64,000 bases of DNA from Nitrospirales bacterium (lineage in GTDB: Bacteria > Nitrospirota > Nitrospiria > Nitrospirales > UBA8639). The stretch's first letter is position 1; the number at the start of each line of letters is the position of its first letter. The notes under the pieces were generated by a model, which saw nothing but the letters and a program-made list of their open reading frames with translations, had not been told where the DNA came from and made no database searches. Location: NCBI GenBank assembly GCA_965223295.1, contig CBDCWC010000003.1, positions 832,001-896,000 of the forward strand, written 5' to 3'. The position numbers and the translations under genes are program-made. Positions 1 through 7,907 of this stretch are shown piece by piece.

Positions 1-55
1 GAAAGGGAAAAAAGAATGACCGGATCGGGATACGAGGAAAAGATTAACTCAATAA

Positions 56-2536
56 TTATGGGCAAGCCGTCGTAGGCTCACCTGCATGTCCCAGCAGCAG
101 GGGAGCAATGGATGCCGTGAGTGCTATTGAGCTTTGGAGACCGGCGGAAGCATTGGCCTCGGACGAAAGACTTAGCAAAGGACTGGCTAAGAAAACACTA
201 GGTCTCGGGGAAAGGCTATCGGCCTTCGAATCCACAAATGTACTGAAATGCCCACCCTGTCCAGCCGCGCAACGCGCACTATAGAGCGCATTCACCGGAA
301 CAGCTTCCTCTGGCAGTGGAGCTATGGTGCCGCTCAAATTTTGAATAGGGGCTTGAATGTCAACAATGCCATCGCCGCCAAAACGAGAGGTCGCGTCAAT
401 GGTGCTAAGGGAGTCAAAAAGAATGGCTGAACTTGCCACAAAGGTGACATCCCCACCGTCTCCGACATCGGCACTCGTGTCAACCCGACTATTTTGAGCC
501 ACGATAAATTCCGGATCTATGTTAATACTTCCTGCCTCCCCCGAGCCCTCCTGAACACGGCTAGTAACCTGAGTATCTGTCAATTGAATAAGCCTTCCAG
601 CATCGAGTTTAATATTTCCACCCACTGCATTATCAGCTTGTGTCGTCACAGTACTGTCGTCTATGAAAATAGTGCCATTGGCTTTGAGGTCTATGTTTCC
701 GGCATTTCCTGCATCGCTTGCAACCGAAATACTTTCCGCCGTAACAGAGGTTCCATTAGTGAAAGTAAGATTTCCAGCCGAGGCAATGATATTTCCCCCA
801 ACTCCGGATCCTGTAGTACGAGTTACTAAAATTCCTTTATCGACCACCAGACGATCGTCTGCCACGATATTAATATCCCCTCCTGGTCCCCCTTCAGTGC
901 TTGAGGCACCGATACTCGTCTGTCCAGTTGGAAATACCGGATTCGGTACCCCAGTTAGGAATATATCCTTTGCAAAAATGGAAATGTTACCTGCGGCTCC
1001 ACCCCTAAACGTAAAATTATCAATTGAGGCAGTTTCGCGAAGGTCAAAAGTGCCTCGAAGAATAACCGTGATATTCCCTGCATTCCCTTCTCCTATAGCC
1101 GTGACAGCTTGGAGGTTTGCTGGGCCCCTCATCGTAAAATTATTGGCCTGAATTAGGATATCACCAGCATTTCCACTTCCAAAAAGGGCATTGGCTCCGA
1201 TGAACCCACCCCCTTGAGTACGTCCAATAACTGAAATATCGTTCTCGATCATCACATTGATGTTCCCTGCCTGTCCTGTTGCTCGATCAGTAACTGTAGT
1301 CAGCAGACCTCCAAGCATTTGCAAATTATTGGCTTGTAACTGGATATTCCCAGAATTTCCGTCGCCTAAAGTCAGGCTGGAAATTCCAAATATATCACTT
1401 CCTGGTCCAGATCTATCCATGTTAAACAAAACATCATCAGCATGTACTTCTAGGTTGCCGGCATTACCAACTGCGAAAGTTGCGGTACGAAGAACACTGT
1501 TACGAATCTCCAAATTTCCACCAGCCATTACTCTGATATATCTCCCATTTCTTGAACCATTGACATCCGCCGATACCTTTGACTCATTATCTAAAACAAC
1601 ATTCTTAGAAACTTCAATGTCAATACCGTTCTCGGAAAACTCCGCCATGACAGCACTAGAAGATCCAGCGGCATTGGCGGAGATTTGAGAACCCTCCACC
1701 ATGAGGCTACCGCCCCGAACCACAATGGTTCCCCCTGACTCACCGTCAACATTGAGCGAAGCACCACTAGTTAATTCGATCTGTCCGAGTTGTGATGCAT
1801 TTACCTGAATGTTGGTCCCCCCATCCACTAAAACTTCCCCAAGAGAAGTTAGACTCACAAGATTAATGTGTCCGTCAGGACTTTTCAGGCTTCCTCCAGA
1901 AAATTCGATATCCCCACCTACTAGCGATAAGACTTCTCCTTCTCCAACGGACAACATGCTGCGATCGACCATTAGAGAGCCCGAGTTAGACTCTAGAAAT
2001 CCAAAGGCTGCAATAGACGCAACGCTTAACAAGGAATCCTGCGCACTCGGGAGGGCGGCGAACTGAACCCCGTCACTAAGCTGTAAATAATCGGCCGTGG
2101 TGAAATGGGTGGCACCAGCCACATTCAATGTGGAATCCTGCCCAAACATCATCCCGGCCGGATTCATGAGGAACAGGTTGGCCTTCCCAAATCCTTCAGT
2201 TTGAATCGTCCCAAGAATGTTAGAGGGATTACCCCCAGTCACGCGGCTGAGAATATTTGACGTTGGCAAACCAGAATCATTCAAGAAGTTGGCGGTATCC
2301 TCCGTTGGAACGTTAAATTCCCCAAAACTATGGAACAGGTTGGAGCCACCTCCAGGCCTAGTCCCACCAGTGATATTATGCATGTTGCCATTTTGGTTCA
2401 CCTGGGTGCCCATAGACCCATCAGGTACGATGACCATCTGAGCCCTGCCGATAGAAAAGAAAGACCAATATAAGGTTAAGAATAAAATTATCACCCTGCA
2501 AAATGTGAGAATATACTTCCCCATGATGGGTCTCAC
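56..2536 (-). CDS. Filamentous haemagglutinin N-terminal (TPS) domain protein, beta-helix exoprotein
   Basis: Signal peptide, then NLFHSFGEFNV...NILSRVTGGNPSNILG...NLFLMNPAG (haemagglutination-activity domain); repeated G-x-A-G-N-I beta-helix turns; C-terminal Cys-containing tail. Confidence 0.9.
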   Translation of the reverse strand: MRPIMGKYILTFCRVIILFLTLYWSFFSIGRAQMVIVPDGSMGTQVNQNGNMHNITGGTRPGGGSNLFHSFGEFNVPTEDTANFLNDSGLPTSNILSRVTGGNPSNILGTIQTEGFGKANLFLMNPAGMMFGQDSTLNVAGATHFTTADYLQLSDGVQFAALPSAQDSLLSVASIAAFGFLESNSGSLMVDRSMLSVGEGEVLSLVGGDIEFSGGSLKSPDGHINLVSLTSLGEVLVDGGTNIQVNASQLGQIELTSGASLNVDGESGGTIVVRGGSLMVEGSQISANAAGSSSAVMAEFSENGIDIEVSKNVVLDNESKVSADVNGSRNGRYIRVMAGGNLEIRNSVLRTATFAVGNAGNLEVHADDVLFNMDRSGPGSDIFGISSLTLGDGNSGNIQLQANNLQMLGGLLTTVTDRATGQAGNINVMIENDISVIGRTQGGGFIGANALFGSGNAGDILIQANNFTMRGPANLQAVTAIGEGNAGNITVILRGTFDLRETASIDNFTFRGGAAGNISIFAKDIFLTGVPNPVFPTGQTSIGASSTEGGPGGDINIVADDRLVVDKGILVTRTTGSGVGGNIIASAGNLTFTNGTSVTAESISVASDAGNAGNIDLKANGTIFIDDSTVTTQADNAVGGNIKLDAGRLIQLTDTQVTSRVQEGSGEAGSINIDPEFIVAQNSRVDTSADVGDGGDVTFVASSAILFDSLSTIDATSRFGGDGIVDIQAPIQNLSGTIAPLPEEAVPVNALYSARCAAGQGGHFSTFVDSKADSLSPRPSVFLASPLLSLSSEANASAGLQSSIALTASIAPLLLGHAGEPTTACP

Positions 2537-2646
2537 TTTTCTGAATTTATATTCAACCCTGAGGACAAATAATTACAAATACTGACTTTGCTCAGATCTG
2601 AACTCATTTTTAGTTTACAAACCATTGGTAGGTCAGCTGTGGTTAC

Positions 2647-3006
2647 CTATTTTGCCAAAGACCATACGGTGCCCTCTTTCTTAATTTTTACCGAATCACC
2701 TATCTTAACACCTTCATAAGGCGGAGTAGGATTTACTAGTCGAATGAAGTTCCCCTCACCATCCTCCAAAGTGTATACAACTTGGGCCTTTTCAACATGG
2801 AGGATTTTAGCTTCATGGCCGTTACTACTTCTAAACTTCCCTCCCCCTCCACACGTGGGACAAAAACATGGATAAGGGCAGGCACCACCATCTTGTTGCG
2901 GTGCCGAAAAACCATCACTTACTGTAACTTCCACGAAGGGCGTTGTACAGCCGGCAAAAAAGAAAGAGAAAACCAATAATGCCATTTTTGTTTGAAAATT
3001 TCTCAT
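2647..3006 (-). CDS. Small lipoprotein with CPYPCFCPTC motif, function unknown
   Basis: ATG at 3006 follows a GGGGA RBS; lipobox FAG-C; Cys cluster followed by a GGGG linker. Confidence 0.7.
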   Translation of the reverse strand: MRNFQTKMALLVFSFFFAGCTTPFVEVTVSDGFSAPQQDGGACPYPCFCPTCGGGGKFRSSNGHEAKILHVEKAQVVYTLEDGEGNFIRLVNPTPPYEGVKIGDSVKIKKEGTVWSLAK

Positions 3007-3186
3007 AAAGTCCCCCTTTTCAATATTTAAATTAGGCATTTTTTAAAAACGTGAATAGGCATTTGACATATGATATTAAAGCATCTACACGCAAACTCTT
3101 TCGTAGGTTTTCACTCCATCCTGTTTTGTTTTAAAACTAATTAGTTTTTATCGTACATCATTGACAAACAGCACTTTCTGGCTTAT

Positions 3187-4083
3187 TCAGCCACAAAGGC
3201 CATATATCCCAGCAGATTTTTCATAGAGTTTAATAAGTTCTTTGACAAAAGCTTGTCGGGAAGTACCTTCAGCAGAACCTTTCTTTAAGTTTTCTAACAC
3301 CTCTTTAGCTTCACAACTGCCGCTTTTGGCCAAGCTGATTAATCCCCATCGAATTTCATCCCTTTCACTTTGCTTCTTAACATCCCATTCTTTTCGCTTC
3401 TGATCTTCCTGTAGTAATCTACACTGGTCCGTTGTATTCTTCTGCTTACTATGGCCTTGTGGAAGCAAAGATTCTGGTAGACACCTAATAATTTCGCGAG
3501 AAATACTTAACGTTGATGGTGGGGCTGGAGCAAGGGGATATGTCTGTCCTTGAGGGTCAGACCGACTTTGAGATTTTATGCTCGTCACACGTTCTTGCTT
3601 CCGTGTGTTTTCCAAATATCCTAGTGCTAAAAATCCAGCTTTCCTCGCTGACGGGTTAGAGTTGGTATTTTCTTTTAAAAAACTTATGATTAAACCCTTT
3701 GCATTTTCAAGCCCCAGCACACCCAGAGTAAGAACCGCCCGTGAACAAAAAGTATGCCTAGCCTTGGTTATTCTTCTTGCGGCTATGCCTGATTTTCCAC
3801 AATCGGATTGAAACTGTTTTATAAGTTCCCCTACGGTTGCCTTGTCTTTAAATTTTTCCCTTATTTCAGATACAGGCGGATTTCCTCGAAACCCGTTCAA
3901 GTATTTTTCTTGAGAGAAGAATTTTTCAACAATTTTTTGAGGAGAACCATGGCTAGAGTTAGACCGTGTATATGTCTGACTCTCTTTTGGCAGAACCTTA
4001 CTTACAGTCATCCCTAAGATCAAAATTATTATAAAAATTACCAACCTTGATTTTCGTCTATTCATAACTGTTCTACCATCCAA
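3187..4083 (-). CDS. Exported hypothetical protein with HEAT-like helical repeats
   Basis: N-terminal basic plus hydrophobic segment; repeats such as RAVLTLGVLG, RKAGFLALGYL, RWGLISLAKSG. Confidence 0.6.
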   Translation of the reverse strand: MDGRTVMNRRKSRLVIFIIILILGMTVSKVLPKESQTYTRSNSSHGSPQKIVEKFFSQEKYLNGFRGNPPVSEIREKFKDKATVGELIKQFQSDCGKSGIAARRITKARHTFCSRAVLTLGVLGLENAKGLIISFLKENTNSNPSARKAGFLALGYLENTRKQERVTSIKSQSRSDPQGQTYPLAPAPPSTLSISREIIRCLPESLLPQGHSKQKNTTDQCRLLQEDQKRKEWDVKKQSERDEIRWGLISLAKSGSCEAKEVLENLKKGSAEGTSRQAFVKELIKLYEKSAGIYGLCG

Positions 4084-4118
4084 TTAAAAAGTTCTTAATT
4101 TTTCAAATTGCGTCTTTT

Positions 4119-4940
4119 CTATGGACGGCCTCCACGCAATTTGAAACACTCTGGGCCATTTAGTTTTGTTTGTTCCTCCCACACGTAATCTGTCATGACG
4201 GCACTGGGATCCCTATTCAGTGCATTTGGTGTATGGTGCAAACCTTTGGTGTGTCCGAATTCATGAAGCCAGAGAATGCCTTGTAGCTGAGTATCTCTTG
4301 CGTAAGGGTCATTTTTGTCTTCTTCGAGGTTCCTCCTGATAGCAATAGCCTGACCCAACCATGGAAATTGGGCACACGCGACCCAAGTACCTAGGCTATT
4401 TTCACAGAAGTTTATATGTCTAACTAACTTAATCCCATCGTTTGTAGGATTAAGTCCCCATACAGCCTCTAAATCGTTCTGTGAACAAATAACTCCGTCT
4501 GCCAGACAATTGAGTGGATCATCTGAAGCATTTCCACGACTGGATTCTGAAAAACTGAAGGTGGGAGGCCAAGCGTCTCTCGCGTTGGTACTAGGAGCAT
4601 TCCCCAGTTTAAATTCGATTTTACATCCGAAATCCTTGTACATGTCGGTAAATTTTTTGGCACACTGTGAATCAACATTACCTTCACCACATTTGGCTAC
4701 CAATGAAGCGTAGTCTAAAATTTCCGTCGCCTCCTTACTATCAATTTTGGTGTCTTTATCTTTAAACCGACTAAGACTGATTTCCTCCTTAATCAAAGAT
4801 TGTTCCGAATAGGGAAGTGCCTTTGGCGTCACTTCCCCTTTCGGAGATGTCTGAACGTTTACCTTCACACAGCCAACCATACCGATCATGGCTAAAGATA
4901 AAGAAAATAGTATTAAGCCAACCCAGTGATTAGGTTTCAT
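4119..4940 (-). CDS. Lipoprotein zinc metalloprotease (metzincin clan)
   Basis: Lipobox MVG-C; HEFGHTKGLHH matches HExxHxxGxxH; downstream SAVM Met-turn; several Cys. Confidence 0.8.
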   Translation of the reverse strand: MKPNHWVGLILFSLSLAMIGMVGCVKVNVQTSPKGEVTPKALPYSEQSLIKEEISLSRFKDKDTKIDSKEATEILDYASLVAKCGEGNVDSQCAKKFTDMYKDFGCKIEFKLGNAPSTNARDAWPPTFSFSESSRGNASDDPLNCLADGVICSQNDLEAVWGLNPTNDGIKLVRHINFCENSLGTWVACAQFPWLGQAIAIRRNLEEDKNDPYARDTQLQGILWLHEFGHTKGLHHTPNALNRDPSAVMTDYVWEEQTKLNGPECFKLRGGRP

Positions 4941-5101
4941 TAAACTCCCTCTTTTCTTTCTCCTACCACAACAATGAAGTAAATCATTACATAGGACTAA
5001 AACCGACTTAATAGGCCATTATCTAGCCACACCGGTTATATGTAGTAATTCAATCTTGTGTTTTTAGCATTATACTTAGCATTTAATCTTGAGACCTGCC
5101 G

Positions 5102-5293
5102 TCAATCGGAACCAGCCGCATGAGGTATTGTTATGCGACAAGGAATGAACGGTATCAATGAGCCTTGGCATTCCTTTATCACAGGATTACTGTTTCCACG
5201 AGTTAATTGCACCCGTGCCTTGACACAACCAGTTGCACTAAGGCTGATCACGAGTAGAAGAAATAATAAGAGATAGGTGGTGTTGAACTTCAT
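5102..5293 (-). CDS. Small lipoprotein (63 aa)
   Basis: Hydrophobic signal with lipobox ATG-C; mature N-terminus CVKARVQ resembles that of the neighbouring protease (CVKVNVQ). Confidence 0.6.
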   Translation of the reverse strand: MKFNTTYLLLFLLLVISLSATGCVKARVQLTRGNSNPVIKECQGSLIPFIPCRITIPHAAGSD

Positions 5294-5640
5294 AGTGTTT
5301 CCGTTCGATTCTTTTTCTCTACAAGTGGATCATGACTCCTAGTAATAGCCAGACCATTTAGCCTGAAAGTCGGTTCCCATCAGGGATGTTCCATTTTTTC
5401 AAGGCGACCTCTAACCCTAACAAACTGGAGAAAGAGAAATGGGGGATAAACTATGATTCCGTGATGAGCAATACCAGGAATGTAAAAATAACTGATTATT
5501 AGTATTGCTGTGCTTGAACAACTTCTGTTCCCTTTTTTCTCTCACACCCTTTTTCTTTCTCTTCTTTTATAATCCGCCCTCCTTCCCAGGTTATCTTATT
5601 TGGCGGATTATTACTCCACCCATCTAACAATTGCAATTAG

Positions 5641-5656
5641 AGCAATTGTAATGCCG
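5641..5656 (-). promoter_or_regulatory. Sigma54 (-24/-12) promoter
   Basis: Minus strand CGGCAT-TACAA-TTGCT, GG-N10-GC spacing; points into the lipoprotein/FHA cluster. Confidence 0.75.
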
Positions 5657-5752
5657 TCTTAAAGAAACCCTCACTACTTGGCCATAGCCTTTATTCAAAG
5701 GGCTCTGTTGGGCCTGAGAGTTATTGTGGGTGTGATGGGGATACTCTCAATT

Positions 5753-5791
5753 TGTATCTCATTAGATACGTTTTGTATCGAATTGGATACG
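5753..5791. promoter_or_regulatory. Tandem enhancer (UAS) sites for a sigma54 activator
   Basis: Two copies of TGTATC-N6-GATACG, 21 bp apart, about 100-135 bp upstream of the -24 box. Confidence 0.7.
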
Positions 5792-6097
5792 AAAGATGAA
5801 AATTTTTCTGATTTGTGCCTACAAGCGCTTAAAACTGAAGAAAGATCTGAAGAACGAATTTAGAGGGTCACTCGTATGGATCTCCGCTAACTACCTACGG
5901 AGCTGACAAGAGTAGTTCAGGAAAATGACGAGAGGAGGAATTGCAAGAGCAGTGGCTCCGTTTGGAAATTATTGGAAAAGGTTTCTCTCTCATCACAACT
6001 ATTCGGCCCTTTATAGAACGAGCCTTCGAAGGGACGGTGGAGTGTTGCAATGTTCGAGTTAAACGTTTTACGGTCATTTCAACTATGCAGGAAGGCT

Positions 6098-6124
6098 TGG
6101 AGTCCCGTTTTCACGGGAATGATA
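6098..6124 (-). repeat. REP-like palindrome (TCATTCCC...GGGA family)
   Basis: Minus strand TATCATTCCCGTGAAAACGGGACTCCA immediately after a stop codon; related to the copies at 24276 and 63881. Confidence 0.55.
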
Positions 6125-6128
6125 TCTA

Positions 6129-7697
6129 CTAGAGGGATTCGTAAACTTCGTCGCGCAATTCTTTGACGTGGATATGATAGCGATTGATTTTTTTAATGAG
6201 GCCCTGGCGGCTGATGCCCAGTTGCTCGGCTGTCCGGACTTGATTGAATTGGCAGGCCATCAAGGTATCTTTGATGATTTGCTCCTCCAGCTCACCTAAA
6301 ATCTCCGGTAGGCTTTTTCGTTCCTGACCCTCACTCGCTGCAGGGCCCTTCGCCAAACGTTTTTTGATAGCCGGATCAAGAGCCTCTTCGCTGATGCTGG
6401 CCGCCCGTACCATGACTGCTAAGCGCTTCATTTCATTACTAAGCTGGCGCATATTACCAGGCCAATCATACTCCGCAAGACGGCGCATCGCTTCAGACGT
6501 CAGTTTTTTGGGAGGTTTGCCCATGTCCTTACAATGTTGATCCAGAAAAAAGTTGGCCAGCAGAGGAATATCAGTCGGAATCTCTCGTAAGGCTGGTGTC
6601 TGAATATGGACGACTTTTAGTCGAAAGTAGAGATCTTCGCGAAAGGTTCCCTGTTTGATGGCTGCTTCTAGATTCGCATTGGTTGCCGCAACCACACGAA
6701 TGCTAATAGGAATGGGCCTTCGTTCCCCTACCGGCTCGACCACCCGTTCTTGCAACACCCGCAACACCTTGGCTTGTGCTTTGAGGCCTAAGTCTCCGAT
6801 TTCATCCAGAAACAAGGTGCCTTTGTGCGCTTGCTCAAATTTCCCTATTCGCGCTTCCACTCCTGTAGCGGTGCCTCGGCCAATCCCAAACAATTCACTT
6901 TCGATAAGATTTTCTGGCAAGGCTGCACAGTTAATAGCCACGAACGGGTTACGGGCTCTCGGACTCGAATAATGTATGGCCTTGGCCACCAATTCCTTGC
7001 CGGTTCCATTTTCTCCGGTAATCAGGACATCGACCGAACTATCATGGATTTGATCGATCACGCGGACGACCCGCTGGATGGGGAGGCTGTTCCCCATGAG
7101 GTTTTGTGTGGAGAACCGCCCTTCGACTTCTTTCCACAACTGGGCATTTTCCTTTTCTAATTGTGCTCGCTCCTGTTCCAGTTGCTTCATTTGCTGCCGT
7201 TTCTGCAAAGGCATGGCGATTTCATCTACAAAGGCTTGGGCATTACGTTCATCCTTGGGCGAAAAGGTGCGGCCCTTTTTATTGACGGCCTCGAACACAC
7301 CAAAGATTTCTCCTGTAGGCAATTGTAGAGGAAGCGCCAACAATGTCCGAGTGCGCCGTTTGGTGTGCAAATCAATCCCTGAGAAAAACCGGTCATCTGA
7401 TTGTACATCATGGATGTTGAGAGTTTTTCCAGATGAGACGCAATGCCCCGCAATACCTAATCGAGCGTCCAGTCGCAACACCTTCCCATCCTCCTGTAGA
7501 GGAAACCATAACTCTTGTCGGGCCTGATCTAAGAGAAAAACGCTGGCCATTTCGGCGTCTAACCGCCGACACGCTTCGTCCCGTATGAGCTTGAAAAAGA
7601 CTCGACAGCTGGGTTCTTCGTTGAGACGCATGATAAATGGGCTGATAGAGGGTCTGGATTCTGATGAACGCTCTACTGTTTGAGATCTAGTGGGCAT
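6129..7697 (-). CDS. GAF-domain sigma54-interacting (NifA/FhlA-type) transcriptional activator
   Basis: N-terminal GAF, coiled coil, Walker A GENGTGKE, Walker B LFLDEIG, FREDLYFRL, WPGNMRQL, Fis-type HTH; GAFTGA loop reads GTATGV. Confidence 0.92.
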   Translation of the reverse strand: MPTRSQTVERSSESRPSISPFIMRLNEEPSCRVFFKLIRDEACRRLDAEMASVFLLDQARQELWFPLQEDGKVLRLDARLGIAGHCVSSGKTLNIHDVQSDDRFFSGIDLHTKRRTRTLLALPLQLPTGEIFGVFEAVNKKGRTFSPKDERNAQAFVDEIAMPLQKRQQMKQLEQERAQLEKENAQLWKEVEGRFSTQNLMGNSLPIQRVVRVIDQIHDSSVDVLITGENGTGKELVAKAIHYSSPRARNPFVAINCAALPENLIESELFGIGRGTATGVEARIGKFEQAHKGTLFLDEIGDLGLKAQAKVLRVLQERVVEPVGERRPIPISIRVVAATNANLEAAIKQGTFREDLYFRLKVVHIQTPALREIPTDIPLLANFFLDQHCKDMGKPPKKLTSEAMRRLAEYDWPGNMRQLSNEMKRLAVMVRAASISEEALDPAIKKRLAKGPAASEGQERKSLPEILGELEEQIIKDTLMACQFNQVRTAEQLGISRQGLIKKINRYHIHVKELRDEVYESL

Positions 7698-7830
7698 AGG
7701 ACTTTGTCATCTCTTTGTTATGACGAACCATGTATTGCTTAGAACTGAAAATTTGCCTTTTAGCATCTACTAGATTTTTTCAATGATGACGTCAACGACA
7801 TGACCAGTAGTCAGTTACTCAAATTATAGA

Positions 7831-7846
7831 AGCACATATTATGCCA
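7831..7846 (-). promoter_or_regulatory. Possible sigma54 promoter of the activator gene
   Basis: Minus strand TGGCAT-AATAT-GTGCT, GG-N10-GC spacing, about 135 bp upstream of the 7697 start. Confidence 0.45.
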
Positions 7847-7907
7847 CAAAACAGTTTCTTATTTTGCCAATTCTTACGGATAACTTCCACCATAGACAAA
7901 AAAATCT

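Noticed and set aside
248-2441. Long antisense ORFs opposite the FHA-like gene and other large genes
   Set aside because: Shadow ORFs with no motifs, fully overlapping well-supported genes.
5678-6132. Short ORFs of 60-63 aa between the activator and the promoter
   Set aside because: They overlap the enhancer and REP, use non-ATG starts and show no recognisable motifs.
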